Shown here piece after piece: positions 1 to 10,107 of a stretch of 64,000 nt of DNA. The translations under genes and the position numbers were made by a program. Numbering within the stretch: the first letter of the stretch is position 1; each line of letters begins with the position of its first letter. The notes under the pieces are model-generated. The model was not told the origin of the DNA. It worked only from the letters and a program-made list of their open reading frames with translations, and made no database searches. The stretch covers positions 128,001 through 192,000 of the forward strand of contig CAWJEN010000005.1 in the NCBI GenBank assembly GCA_963841915.1, in the 5' to 3' direction. The DNA is from an uncultured Planctomycetota bacterium (GTDB taxonomy: Bacteria; Planctomycetota; Phycisphaerae; Tepidisphaerales; Tepidisphaeraceae).

Positions 1-1511
1 GCTTGCGCGGCGTCGGCGAATTGCACCCGCGGTGCTCTGACGACGCCTGCGTCGACGAGGCTGCGGAAGGGGTAGTCGTCGATGTTGACCGCGTCTTCGC
101 CGCTGCAGTTGATGAAAAGCTTGTAGCTGGACGACGTGGTTTCGTCGCCTTGCTCAATCCTGAGATGCGTCTCGCCGTCGGCCTGCTTGTCGACGCTGAC
201 GTGACCCTCCACCAGGTCGAGTCGGCCGGCCTGTCGCAGGGCGAGCAGCGTCCTGGCCGACTGCAACGGCAAGGCAGCGATGACGTTCATGAGGAAGGAC
301 ATGACGACCTTTCGCAGGCGAACGTGATCCTCTGCCGGCATCAGCTCTGCATGGAAGTTGAGCGTGTACATGAGGTCATCGAGCACCTCCATCCAGCGGA
401 TCGGCCGATCCTGCTCAATCGATCGCCGGGCGGCAGGTAGCTCGCTCCGCATTCCGTCAAACGCGTCGTCGTACGTGTGCTTTGCCTCCATCGTCTCGAC
501 AAAGTCATCGAGTGACAGACCGTCTCGCATGGCGGCGGCGACATCAGATTTGCCGTCGTGAGCGAGTGCGTCGGCCAGCAACGGCCGGCAGACGACGTCG
601 TAATACTCGTCGAGCCGGAGCCACCCGCGACTATCGCGTAGATCAAGCAGTGCCTCCCGCGACACATGGCGGTAAAGGCTCCGCATCGGTTTAGCCTGCT
701 CGTACTGCAAGTGCGGCAACCAGCCCTCAGACGAGTGCAGCACGATCCGGAAATCGGGCACATTCGGATCGGGCTCAAAAACGAGTTCGTCGCCCTTCTC
801 CACGAAAGAGCCGTGACGATGGCTGAGGGAAGCGACGACATCGAACGCACTTAGCGAGGCACCGAGCGTGCCGACAGCGTGGTTGTAGAACTGCCCGTTT
901 CTTGGTAGCAGCTTGCATATCGGCCAAGGCGAGGCGTAGTAGCCGTTGGCCGGATCATCCCCCTCGGTCGCAGGGTGGCCGGTTGCGATGACGATGGTGT
1001 CAAAGCGTCGGCTGCCGTGCTGCGTCTCGACGTCGACATGATCGTCTTCGTCTTTCACATCGAGCACATGCTGCCCGTGCTCGAGCGTGGCATCGATGCC
1101 TGCCTCTCGCAATTGCCTGAGAATCTCCACAAACTGCGACTCGAAGTACTCGCCCAGCAGCACGCGCGGGTACGTCTCGGCAGGGTCGACCTCATCGCGT
1201 GCGAGTCCGAAAGGCTCGAGCCGCTCGTCGTCAAGATCGCGCAGCCAATCGACGAAGCTCACCTGCAGCCGCGGCAGCTCTTCGCTGGAGATGTTGCAGA
1301 TGTTGTACCGATCGGTTGTCCGCGGGTTGTAAGGCATCCCCATGCCCGGCCGCTCGCCGCGTTCAAAGATGGTAACCGTCAGCCTGCCCGACGAAGCAGT
1401 CGCCTTTTCTACATTGTCAAGCAGATGCTTCAGAAAGTACATGGTCGTCGCACCCGCGCCGATGACGGCAAGGGCGTGCGTGTGCGTGGCGGGCTCCGGC
1501 TGGTGAGACAT
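1..1511 (-). CDS. FAD/NAD(P)-binding oxidoreductase (3' end runs off window)
   Basis: Own translation from ATG at 1511, open to position 3: MSHQPEPATHTHALAVIGAGATT (Rossmann GxG), TIFERG..GMGMPY, FDTIVIATGH, GTLGASLSAFDVV. Absent from the ORF track because it has no stop in the window. Confidence 0.8.
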   Translation of the reverse strand, partial: MSHQPEPATHTHALAVIGAGATTMYFLKHLLDNVEKATASSGRLTVTIFERGERPGMGMPYNPRTTDRYNICNISSEELPRLQVSFVDWLRDLDDERLEPFGLARDEVDPAETYPRVLLGEYFESQFVEILRQLREAGIDATLEHGQHVLDVKDEDDHVDVETQHGSRRFDTIVIATGHPATEGDDPANGYYASPWPICKLLPRNGQFYNHAVGTLGASLSAFDVVASLSHRHGSFVEKGDELVFEPDPNVPDFRIVLHSSEGWLPHLQYEQAKPMRSLYRHVSREALLDLRDSRGWLRLDEYYDVVCRPLLADALAHDGKSDVAAAMRDGLSLDDFVETMEAKHTYDDAFDGMRSELPAARRSIEQDRPIRWMEVLDDLMYTLNFHAELMPAEDHVRLRKVVMSFLMNVIAALPLQSARTLLALRQAGRLDLVEGHVSVDKQADGETHLRIEQGDETTSSSYKLFINCSGEDAVNIDDYPFRSLVDAGVVRAPRVQFADAAQ

Positions 1512-1597
1512 CTTGCGCTGAAGCTAGCACCGGCTGACGGCTGATGGAACCGCTGATCAGCGTGTCGAAACTTCCGTCCGTGGCATACGGTTTCCGC

Positions 1598-2095
1598 ATG
1601 AGCGACGACGCCATCCCCGCCTGGAGCGCGACGCTCGAGCACATCGTCGTTTCGCCCGGTCACGACTACTGGGGCAAGGCCGGCCAAGGCCGAATGCAAC
1701 ACGGTGCGCAGCTTGTCGACGAAGTGCAGTGCGTGACAGACATGGGCCTCGAAGGCGACCGCTACTTCGGCGAGAAGCCGGGCGGCAAGGCGCAAGTTAC
1801 CTTCATCAGCGCCGACATAATTGACCAGATCAAGCGGGACTACAAGCTCCAGCAACTTCCGCCCACCGTGTTCCGTCGCAATCTGGTTGTTCGGGGCGTT
1901 GAACTGGGTGAGTTCTTAAACAAAAAGTTCACATTTCAAGGCGTTACGTTCGAAGGCAGCCAGGAGTGCAAGCCGTGTCAGTGGATGGATCGGGCGGTCG
2001 CGCCGGGCGTGCAGGCGTTCATGAAGCAGCCGTTCTTCGGCGGCCTGCGGGCGCGGGTGCTGTCGACGGGGATGCTTCGCGTGGACGCGTCGTGA
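1598..2095 (+). CDS. MOSC domain protein (molybdenum cofactor carrier/sulfurase C-terminal-like)
   Basis: GLEGDRY, QVTFI, FRRNLVVRG, ECKPCQWM, GGLRARVL motifs; first gene of the Moco cluster. Start chosen at ATG 1598 (TACGGT 6 nt upstream). Confidence 0.85.
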   Translation: MSDDAIPAWSATLEHIVVSPGHDYWGKAGQGRMQHGAQLVDEVQCVTDMGLEGDRYFGEKPGGKAQVTFISADIIDQIKRDYKLQQLPPTVFRRNLVVRGVELGEFLNKKFTFQGVTFEGSQECKPCQWMDRAVAPGVQAFMKQPFFGGLRARVLSTGMLRVDAS

Positions 2096-3084
2096 CCAAC
2101 CTTGTCGATGGCTTCAACCGACGGTTTGGCAAGCTGCGGGTGAGCCTGACGCACGCCTGCAATTTCCGCTGCACCTACTGCCGCCCGGCGGAGGGCGTGG
2201 CGGTGCCGCCGGAGTCCAAGCTACTGTCGATCGATGAGATCGTGCGCGTCTGCCGTGTCGCCGCCACACTCGGCATGACCCGCATCCGCCTCACAGGCGG
2301 AGAGCCGCTACTGCGTTCAGGTGTCGTCGGCCTCGTCGCAAAATTGCGTGGTGACGCGCACATCTCTGACGTCGCCATGACCACCAATGCGTCGCTCCTG
2401 CGCCACCATGCGACGCCGCTCCGAGACGCGGGGTTGGAGGGGGTCAACATCAGTCTCGACACCTTGTGTCCTCGCACCGCGGCGAAACTGGCCCGCGGCG
2501 ACGTGCTTGCGGCCGTCCTCGACGGCATCGCCGCCGCTTGCGACGTCGGGCTCGCCGTCAAGCTCAACTGCGTCGTCGTGCCGAATGTCAACGACTCGCC
2601 TGCCGACCTCGCGTCGCTAGTCCGCTACGCGACCGATGTGAACGTGCCGATCCGTTTCATCGAGTACATGCCGATGGGCGTCTCTGGAGACATCAACGGC
2701 TCGGCGATCGTCACCGCCGCGACCATGCGGCAGCGACTCGCCGAGGCGGGCATTGAATTGGCATCCGTCGAACGACCTGACCCGGCCGACCCGGCTTCGC
2801 CTTGGCGGACCGGCGACGGTGGCAGCGTCGGCTTTATTCATTCTGTCAGCCAGCACTTCTGCGACGCCTGCGACCGCATGCGACTCACCGCCGAGGGCAC
2901 GCTTCGGCCTTGCCTGCACCAGGATGTCGAGCACGACCTTCGCCCGCTCCTTCAAGGCGGCTGTAGTGACGGCGACATCGCCGACGCTTTCGTCGCCGCT
3001 GCTGGACTGAAGTGGGCCGGCCATCAGATGAACGGCCTCGTCCCGCTCACCGTCCGTCGCGAGATGGTCACGATCGGCGGCTGA
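2092..3084 (+). CDS. moaA: GTP 3',8-cyclase (radical SAM)
   Basis: CNFRCTYC, RLTGGEPLLR, FIEYMP, C-terminal FCDACDRMRLTAEG..PCL, terminal IGG; GTG overlaps the upstream stop. Confidence 0.95.
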   Translation: MTNLVDGFNRRFGKLRVSLTHACNFRCTYCRPAEGVAVPPESKLLSIDEIVRVCRVAATLGMTRIRLTGGEPLLRSGVVGLVAKLRGDAHISDVAMTTNASLLRHHATPLRDAGLEGVNISLDTLCPRTAAKLARGDVLAAVLDGIAAACDVGLAVKLNCVVVPNVNDSPADLASLVRYATDVNVPIRFIEYMPMGVSGDINGSAIVTAATMRQRLAEAGIELASVERPDPADPASPWRTGDGGSVGFIHSVSQHFCDACDRMRLTAEGTLRPCLHQDVEHDLRPLLQGGCSDGDIADAFVAAAGLKWAGHQMNGLVPLTVRREMVTIGG

Positions 3085-3100
3085 TCGCATAACCTCACGC

Positions 3101-3346
3101 ATGCGGCAGCGCGTCCTTCTCTTCGGGCCACAAAAAGAGCTAGCCGGCAAGGCGGCCGTCGATCTCACGCTGCCACCGAATACCACCGTTGACGATGTGC
3201 TGCGGCTTGTGGCCGAGGCCGAGCCGGCTTTGGCAGATTCCATCCGAAGCAGCCGCCTTGCCATCAATCACGCTTTTTCCAGAGAAGATCAGCTCATTAT
3301 AGAAGGTGACGAGCTCGCCCTCATCGGCATGATCTCCGGCGGCTGA
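3101..3346 (+). CDS. moaD: Molybdopterin synthase sulfur carrier subunit
   Basis: 81-aa ubiquitin-like protein ending GDELALIGMISGG, between moaA and moaE. Confidence 0.92.
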   Translation: MRQRVLLFGPQKELAGKAAVDLTLPPNTTVDDVLRLVAEAEPALADSIRSSRLAINHAFSREDQLIIEGDELALIGMISGG

Positions 3347-3348
3347 TC

Positions 3349-3753
3349 ATGAGCACGCGCACCATCAACGTCCGACTCGTCAACGGCCCGCTGCGGGCTG
3401 AGGCCGCGCCTTGCGTGATGGGCTGCGGCGCGTTCATCAGCTTCGAAGGCGTCGTCCGGCCGCTCGAAGGTGACAAGCCGCTCCTCTCGCTCGACTATGA
3501 GGCGTACGAGCCGATGACGACAAGCCAGCTGCAGCGACTGGCCGCTGAGGTCGCTCTGAAGCATGAGCTCCACCTCATCGACGTGACGCACTCCGTCGGC
3601 AAGGTGCCCGTCGGCGAGATCTCGTTTCGGCTGCACGTCGCCGCTCCACATCGAGCACCGGCCCTTGCGGCGATGGGCGAGTTCATCGATCGCCTCAAGG
3701 CCGAGGTGCCGCTGTGGAAAGTAGCTCTATACAAGGGCGACGCAGATGTTTGA
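3349..3753 (+). CDS. moaE: Molybdopterin synthase catalytic subunit
   Basis: GAFISFEGVVR, LDYEAYEPM, HSVGKVPVGE, PHR..A, LKAEVPLWK. Confidence 0.93.
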   Translation: MSTRTINVRLVNGPLRAEAAPCVMGCGAFISFEGVVRPLEGDKPLLSLDYEAYEPMTTSQLQRLAAEVALKHELHLIDVTHSVGKVPVGEISFRLHVAAPHRAPALAAMGEFIDRLKAEVPLWKVALYKGDADV

Positions 3754-4936
3754 CCCTCACGCGTTGATTGATCCGCACGAGGCAATCGAGCGTCTGCTGA
3801 CCACGGCGACGCCGGTCGGTGTCGAGTCTGTCTTGCTTCAGAGCAGCTTCGGCCGCGTCTTGGCCGACGATGCGACGGCCGATCGAGATCAACCGCCTTG
3901 CGACGTGAGCGCGATGGACGGCTACGCCATTGCCGAAGGTGCGGCAGGTGCAGTGCCCGTCAGCGGTGAGGCCGTACCCGGTCAACCGCCACCGGAACTT
4001 CTCCCCGGCAAGGCCGTCCGCATCTTCACGGGTGCCCCGGTGCCTGGCAAAGCCTGGGCGGTCGTGCCGCGAGAGCGGACGGTCGAGACGCTCGAGTTGG
4101 TTACGCTGCCTGATGATCTGAGTCTGCCGGCGAACAGGTTTATCCGCAGACGCGGTGAAAATGCCAAAGCCGGCACGCTCGCCCTGCCGCGTGGCATCAC
4201 CATCGGCGGTGTCCAGGCGGCCACCCTTGCCGCCTTCGGACAGCACCGCGTCAGCGTCCACCGTCGCGTCCGATTGGCAATCCTGGTCACCGGTGACGAG
4301 CTTGTACATCACCCTTCGCCGTGGCAAATCCGCGACGCCAACGGACCGGGGTTGCAAGCCCTGTTCGCTAACGTGCCTTGGCTCGACGTGCTGCCGACGC
4401 GTCACGCAAAGGACGACCGCAAGCAGATGGCGTCATCGGTCTCGGCATTGCTCGACGATTCTGACGTCCTGCTCATAACGGGTGGCGTTTCGATGGGTGA
4501 TCATGATCACACGAAGGAGGCGTTGCTCGACACTGACTGCCGCCTGCTGTACCACGGCCTGACGATGAGACCGGGAAAGCCCAACCTCGGCGCGGTCGGC
4601 CCTGCCGGGCAAATTGTGCTGGGTTTGCCGGGAAATCCGATGTCGGTCCTGACAGGCAGTCGCTTGCTGGCGACGCCGGCGCTTCGGAAACGAGCCGGCT
4701 TTGCCGAGCCTGCCGAGCGAATGGCGACGGTTTGGCTTACCGCAGCCGACCACAAGACGTTACACCTGTGGCACTACCGGCCGGTCCGACTGACAACAGA
4801 AGTCCGCGCCGAGCTGGCCTTACCCAGCAGTAGCGGCGACACGGTCGGGCCGGCCGTCAGTGACGGCTTCGTCGCTGTTCCACCACGGACGCGTAGTGAG
4901 GGGCAGCTGCCGTTCTACCCTTGGCTCACCGCATGA
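3746..4936 (+). CDS. moeA: Molybdopterin molybdenumtransferase
   Basis: SAMDGYA, RIFTGAPVP, TGDEL, IRDANG, TGGVSMGDHD, MRPGKP, GLPGNPMS. Confidence 0.93.
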   Translation: MFDPHALIDPHEAIERLLTTATPVGVESVLLQSSFGRVLADDATADRDQPPCDVSAMDGYAIAEGAAGAVPVSGEAVPGQPPPELLPGKAVRIFTGAPVPGKAWAVVPRERTVETLELVTLPDDLSLPANRFIRRRGENAKAGTLALPRGITIGGVQAATLAAFGQHRVSVHRRVRLAILVTGDELVHHPSPWQIRDANGPGLQALFANVPWLDVLPTRHAKDDRKQMASSVSALLDDSDVLLITGGVSMGDHDHTKEALLDTDCRLLYHGLTMRPGKPNLGAVGPAGQIVLGLPGNPMSVLTGSRLLATPALRKRAGFAEPAERMATVWLTAADHKTLHLWHYRPVRLTTEVRAELALPSSSGDTVGPAVSDGFVAVPPRTRSEGQLPFYPWLTA

Positions 4937-5904
4937 CCAGGCCGCTGACGCATCTCGACGCTGACGGCCAAGCTCGCATGGTCGATGTGGGGGCCAAGCC
5001 AATGACGGAGCGTCGGGCGACGGCTGAGGCGACGGTCGCGGTCAACGACGACTTGGCGGCCGCTATTGCCCGTGACGCGGTGAAAAAGGGCGACGTTCTG
5101 GCGACGGCCCGCTTGGCCGGCATTGCCGCCGCCAAGCGGACGGCCGACCTCATCCCGCTCTGCCATCCCCTGCCGATTGATGCGGTCGAGGTCGACGTGA
5201 CGCTGGACGACAACGCTGTTCGCATTCGTGCCACCGTCGCGACGACATGGAAGACGGGTGTCGAAATGGAGGCCATGACGGCGGCGAGTGTGGCAGCGCT
5301 CACTGTGGTCGACATGGGCAAAAGCATCGACCGCAACATCGTCATCGAGCAGATCGCCCTCAAAAGCAAGACAGGCGGCCGCGGCGGCGCAACAGGGAGG
5401 GGACGTCAGACGATCGACGCCTGCGTCCTCACCGTGAGCGACCGCGTCAGTCGTGGCGAGCGAACCGACCAAGGCGGACCTGCTGTGTGTGACTGGCTGC
5501 GACGACATTTCAATTGCGAGCCCAACTCGGTCGTCGTCGCCGACGAGCGACAGGCCATCGCGACACAACTCCACGCGTGGCTCGAAGCGTCGCCCGCCTT
5601 GATCCTGACCACCGGCGGCACGGGTTTGTCACCGCGTGACGTCACGCCCGAGGCGGTCGCCCCGCTGCTCGATCGTCCGCATCCACAGCTGCTCGATCTT
5701 GCACGTCAGCGGCTGCTCCAGTCGACGCCGAAAGCGGCGTTGTCAAGAGGCGTTGCGGGCGTGGCCGGGCGGACGCTGGTCCTGACACTGCCCGGCTCGC
5801 CGAAGGGTGCGGTCGAGACGCTCGACGCCCTTGCCGACGTGTTGCCGCACGCGCTGAAGGTGCTGCGAACCGACGGCGACCCGCACGAAACGGGGGCAGC
5901 GTGA
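4933..5904 (+). CDS. moaC: Bifunctional MoaC / MogA-MoaB fusion
   Basis: N-half: LTHLDADGQARMVDVGAK, LIPLCHPL, KTGVEMEA, KSKTGG. C-half: LTVSDR, TTGGTGLSPRDVTPEA, LSRGVAG, LPGSPKGA. Confidence 0.92.
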   Translation: MTRPLTHLDADGQARMVDVGAKPMTERRATAEATVAVNDDLAAAIARDAVKKGDVLATARLAGIAAAKRTADLIPLCHPLPIDAVEVDVTLDDNAVRIRATVATTWKTGVEMEAMTAASVAALTVVDMGKSIDRNIVIEQIALKSKTGGRGGATGRGRQTIDACVLTVSDRVSRGERTDQGGPAVCDWLRRHFNCEPNSVVVADERQAIATQLHAWLEASPALILTTGGTGLSPRDVTPEAVAPLLDRPHPQLLDLARQRLLQSTPKAALSRGVAGVAGRTLVLTLPGSPKGAVETLDALADVLPHALKVLRTDGDPHETGAA

Positions 5905-6650
5905 AGTGGCTCATCGGCGGCCTGTCGCTGCTGCTCCTGGCACTGCTTGTTCTGATGCTCGTGCCGGGCCCGCCGAGTGAGCCGGCATTTCGCATCGGCG
6001 TCGCTTCCAGTCTCGAGCCGTCGCTCGGCCACGCGCTGAACGAGTGGGCGGATACGAAGGATGAATGGGTGCAAGTCAGCTTTGCTTCGAGCGGACACAC
6101 GAGCAGCCGGCTGCGGTTGGGTCTCGACCTCGACATCGTGGTGCTTGCCGACGCGGCCCTTGCCGATCGTTTGGCAGCGGACGGCTACCTGCAGAACCTG
6201 CTACCGATTGCTGGAAATCGGCTCGTTGTCGTCGCGGCTCCGGGAGGTGAGGCGACAAGTGACAACTGGCAGGAGCTGGTCGTCGCGACGGGCGAGCCGG
6301 ACGTCGTCCCGCTCGGCCGCTACGCCAAGCAAGCGATGGGAACATCCTGGGACTTTGTCGACCTCATCTTCGGCGGCAGCGCGCGGCAGGTCGTCTCATA
6401 CGTACAGCAGGGCCAGGTCGACGCGGCCATTGTCTACGCGACCGACGCGGGCGACCTCGCCATTCTGCACGCGTTCGATCCGTCACTGCACGACCCGATT
6501 CTGTACGTCGCGGCACAGGTCGTTCACCCGTCGGCCCGTGTCGACGGTAAGCCGAAGCCGCAATTGCACGAAGAGGTGCTCGACCTGCTTCGCAGCGACG
6601 AGGTTCGACAGACCCTGCTTGATGCCGGTTTCAGAGAGGTGACACCGTGA
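5901..6650 (+). CDS. modA: Molybdate ABC transporter substrate-binding protein
   Basis: N-terminal hydrophobic anchor, ASSL, FASSG, VPLGRYA, DAAIVYATD, PILY motifs. Confidence 0.88.
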   Translation: MKWLIGGLSLLLLALLVLMLVPGPPSEPAFRIGVASSLEPSLGHALNEWADTKDEWVQVSFASSGHTSSRLRLGLDLDIVVLADAALADRLAADGYLQNLLPIAGNRLVVVAAPGGEATSDNWQELVVATGEPDVVPLGRYAKQAMGTSWDFVDLIFGGSARQVVSYVQQGQVDAAIVYATDAGDLAILHAFDPSLHDPILYVAAQVVHPSARVDGKPKPQLHEEVLDLLRSDEVRQTLLDAGFREVTP

Positions 6651-7286
6651 CACCGGCCGCGGCGTGGTTGACGGTGCAGATCGCCACGGCCGCGACGGTG
6701 CTGGCGACGCTCGTGGCGGTGCCGGCCGCCTGGTGGTTCTGCGGGCGTCGCGGCGTACCGAAGACGGTGGTCGAGACGCTGCTCCTGTTGCCGCTCGTCA
6801 TGCCGCCGACGGTGGTCGGCTTGGCGCTTGGTGTGGTGCTCGGCAGGAACGGACCATTGGGCTGGGTTGGGTTTTCGCTGCTGTTCACGCCGACGGCGGC
6901 GGTGCTGGCGGGTGCGACGGTGGCGCTGCCGTTGGTTTATCTTGCCGAGCCGCAGTGCCTTTGCGGCCGTCGATGATGATCTGGTCGCGGCGGCAAAGAC
7001 GTTGGGGGCAGGTCCACTGGAGCTGGCGTGGCACGTGTATTGGCCGATCGCGCGGCGCGGCGTGCTGGCGGGCGTGACGCTGGGCATGGCCCGGGCACTC
7101 GGCGAGTTCGGAGCGACCCTGATGGTGCTCGGCTGGCAGCCTGACCGGCAGACGCTATCGATCGCCATCTACGGCCACTTCGAGCGCGGCAACCTGTCGG
7201 CAGCCTTTGTCCCGGCCGGGCTGCTCGCCGTGGCCGGGGCAGCGCTCATGCTCCTTTACAACCGGCTGAGTCGCGTCGCGGTGTGA
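6647..7286 (+). pseudogene. modB: Molybdate ABC transporter permease, +1 frameshift as assembled
   Basis: LPLVMPPTVVG...LPLVY in one frame continues as PSRSAFAAVDDDLVAAAKTLGA...ARALGEFGAT in the +1 frame; one extra base near 6941-6944. May be an assembly error. Confidence 0.85.
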
Positions 7287-7368
7287 CGTCAGATAACCCG
7301 GCGGCGGCTTGTTTCTGCAGGTTGCTTTTGGTCTGCCCTGCAGAGTCGGCCGATGCAAACCGGCCGCT

Positions 7369-9543
7369 ATGCCAGATTCTCCCGCTGTCGTTACTCCTGA
7401 GATCCTGCCGGCTGACCGTTTGGGTCAGCTGTCGACGCTGCTGAACGGTGCAGCCGCCGACGACCTGCCAGGTTTGGCCGATGCCCACTCGGCGTTCGAG
7501 TCGTTACTCGGCTCGCTAGACGAGGCAAATCTTGACGCAGAGCGTCTTGAGCAGATGAAGACGGCTGCCTCGACGGGTGCCGAGTCGCTGGAGAAGCTGA
7601 TTCTGGCTGATGTCGAGGATGCGCAGGCGGAGCTGAATAATGTCCGTCAGATCGCAGGTGATCTGGCCGCTTTGTTCAACGGCGAGTCAGTCAAGCGACG
7701 CGAGTCGGCCCCGCCGACGGTACCGATCGGCGAGGTCGGTGGCATCATCACGAATGAGTCAGTCGAGCCTGTTGAAGAAGAGGCTCCCGCTTCCACCGCA
7801 AAGGCCGTCGAGCTGAGCGAGGACGATCTGCCGTTGCTGATCGAGTTCGTGACGGAGGCCAACAGCCACCTCGAACAGGCCGAGCAGGACCTGCTGACGC
7901 TGGAAGACGATCCGACGGACGTCGAAGCGATCAGCTCGCTTTTTAGGGCATTTCACACGATTAAGGGTGTCGCCGGCTTCATGAACCTGGGTCAGGTGCA
8001 GTCGCTGGCCCATGCGACGGAAAGCCTGCTCGATCAGGCACGCGAGGGTAAGTTGTCGTTGACGGGTGACGCGACGGGCATTGTGCTCGAGTCGCTGGAC
8101 CTGATGAAAGAGCTCATTGTCGAGCTTGACGCCGCCGCCAAGAGCGACCGTCGCGTGGAGCATCGGCCCGAGGTCGACAGCCTGTCGAAGCGACTGAGCC
8201 TGTTCGTCGAGTCGGGTGGGAAGCAGCTCGTCGAGGATCACGACACACGAACGACGGAGGATCGCCGGAAGCAGGACGTGCCGGTAGACGGCGCGGATCG
8301 TCGTCAGCCCGATGCCGACCGACGCGCTCCACGCACCACCGGTGACGGTACCGTCAAGGTCGCGACCAATCGCTTGGACTCTCTCATCGACACGGTCGGC
8401 GAGCTCGTCATCGCCAACGCCATGGTGACGCGTGACGTTACCGACATCGCGATGAAGGACCCGCGACTGGGCCGCAACGCCGCGCAGATGGGCAAAATCG
8501 TCCGCGAACTGCAGGACCTGTCGATGGGCCTGCGCATGGTGCCCGTCGGCAACGCCTTCCGCAAGATGACGCGCGTCGTCCGTGACGTTGCCCAGAAAGC
8601 CGGCAAGAAGGCCGAACTCGTCATCGTCGGTGGTGACACGGAACTGGATCGAAACGTGGTCGACGCGCTCGGCGACCCGCTCGTCCACATGGTCCGCAAC
8701 AGCGTCGACCACGGCCTGGAGACACCCGAAGAGCGCGAGGCCGCCGGGAAGTCACCGGTGGGTCGCGTCGAACTGCGGGCGCAACACAAGGGCGGTGCGA
8801 TCAACATCGAGATTGCCGACGACGGCAAGGGCCTGAACGCCGAGAAGATCATCGCCAAGGCGCGCAAGAACGGCATTATTGGGGAACACGAGCAGATCAG
8901 CGACGCCGACGCGTACCGCCTCGTCTTCCACGCCGGACTCAGCACGGCCGAGAAGGTCAGCGACATCAGCGGTCGCGGCGTCGGAATGGACGTCGTCAAG
9001 CGAAACATCGAATCACTCCGCGGCCGTATCGACATCACGAGCGAGCCCGGCAAGGGCAGCACCTTCACCATCCGACTGCCGCTGACGCTTGCGGTCATTG
9101 ACGGCCTCGTCATCCGCGTCGGCCCGGGTCCAAATGCACGCGAGAACGACAAAGGCCAGCGCTACATCCTGCCGATCAATTCGGTTGAGCAGTCGATGCG
9201 TCCGACGCCCGAGATGCTCAGCACCGTACAAGGTCGCGGCGAAGTGCTGCACGTTCGCGGCGAGCTGTTGCCGCTCGTGCGGCTGCACCGCCTGTTTGCT
9301 GTCGAGCCCAAGTCGACGGTGCCGAACGAAGCGCTGGTCGTGATCGTTCACGACGCCGACCGCCGTTGCTGCCTCCTGGTCGATGACTTGCTTGGGCAGG
9401 AACAGGTCGTCATCAAGTCGCTGGGCTCACTCGGCGAAAGCATCGGGCCGATTAAGGGAGTCAGCGGCGGTGCCGTGCTGGGCGACGGCACGGTTTCGCT
9501 CATCCTCGACGTGCCGACGCTCCTCGAAATTGCAGAAGACTGA
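7369..9543 (+). CDS. cheA: Chemotaxis histidine kinase
   Basis: Hpt FRAFHTIKG, dimerisation domain, HMVRNSVDHG, DDGKG, SDISGRGVGMDVV, C-terminal CheW domain. Start chosen at ATG 7369. Confidence 0.95.
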   Translation: MPDSPAVVTPEILPADRLGQLSTLLNGAAADDLPGLADAHSAFESLLGSLDEANLDAERLEQMKTAASTGAESLEKLILADVEDAQAELNNVRQIAGDLAALFNGESVKRRESAPPTVPIGEVGGIITNESVEPVEEEAPASTAKAVELSEDDLPLLIEFVTEANSHLEQAEQDLLTLEDDPTDVEAISSLFRAFHTIKGVAGFMNLGQVQSLAHATESLLDQAREGKLSLTGDATGIVLESLDLMKELIVELDAAAKSDRRVEHRPEVDSLSKRLSLFVESGGKQLVEDHDTRTTEDRRKQDVPVDGADRRQPDADRRAPRTTGDGTVKVATNRLDSLIDTVGELVIANAMVTRDVTDIAMKDPRLGRNAAQMGKIVRELQDLSMGLRMVPVGNAFRKMTRVVRDVAQKAGKKAELVIVGGDTELDRNVVDALGDPLVHMVRNSVDHGLETPEEREAAGKSPVGRVELRAQHKGGAINIEIADDGKGLNAEKIIAKARKNGIIGEHEQISDADAYRLVFHAGLSTAEKVSDISGRGVGMDVVKRNIESLRGRIDITSEPGKGSTFTIRLPLTLAVIDGLVIRVGPGPNARENDKGQRYILPINSVEQSMRPTPEMLSTVQGRGEVLHVRGELLPLVRLHRLFAVEPKSTVPNEALVVIVHDADRRCCLLVDDLLGQEQVVIKSLGSLGESIGPIKGVSGGAVLGDGTVSLILDVPTLLEIAED

Positions 9544-9566
9544 TCCCGCCGTTCAAGCCAAACAAC

Positions 9567-10097
9567 ATGAAAACAAGCCCCATCAACATCGACGTGCAGG
9601 CCGAACAAGCCAATGCCGGCGGTAAGTACCTGACCTTCGCCCTCGGCGACGAGGGGTACGGCCTCGAGATTCTCAAGGTCCGCGAGATCATCAAGTACAT
9701 GGACATCACGCAGGTGCCTCGCACGCCCAACTACGTTCGCGGCGTCATCAACCTGCGTGGCCAGGTCATCAGCGTGGTCGACCTCCGTTCGAAGTTCGAG
9801 ATGGAGCAAGCCGAGCCGACCGATGAGACGTGCATCGTCGTCGTCGAAAGCGGTGACGGCCGCGACGGTCGCAAGACGACGACCGGCGTCATCGTCGACC
9901 GGGTCAGCGAAGTGCTGTCAATCGCGACCGACCAGATCGAAAACGCCCCGCCGCTTGGTGCGGGCGTGCGGAGCGACTTCATTCTCGGCATGGGCAAGGT
10001 CGGTCAGCAGGTCAAGATCCTGCTCGACATCGACTGCGTACTGGCAGGCGACGTCCGCGTGGACGTGGATGCCGACCAGCTCGCCATGGCCGCCTGA
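9567..10097 (+). CDS. cheW: Chemotaxis coupling protein
   Basis: YLTFALGDEGYG, VRGVINLRGQVISVVDLR, GVIVDRVSEV; directly after cheA. Confidence 0.95.
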   Translation: MKTSPINIDVQAEQANAGGKYLTFALGDEGYGLEILKVREIIKYMDITQVPRTPNYVRGVINLRGQVISVVDLRSKFEMEQAEPTDETCIVVVESGDGRDGRKTTTGVIVDRVSEVLSIATDQIENAPPLGAGVRSDFILGMGKVGQQVKILLDIDCVLAGDVRVDVDADQLAMAA

Positions 10098-10107
10098 GCT
10101 GTGTCTG

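Noticed and set aside
1512..1597. Moco riboswitch upstream of the moa cluster
   Set aside because: Only 86 bp, shared by divergent genes, and the -10-like hexamer abuts the start, leaving no room for a leader.
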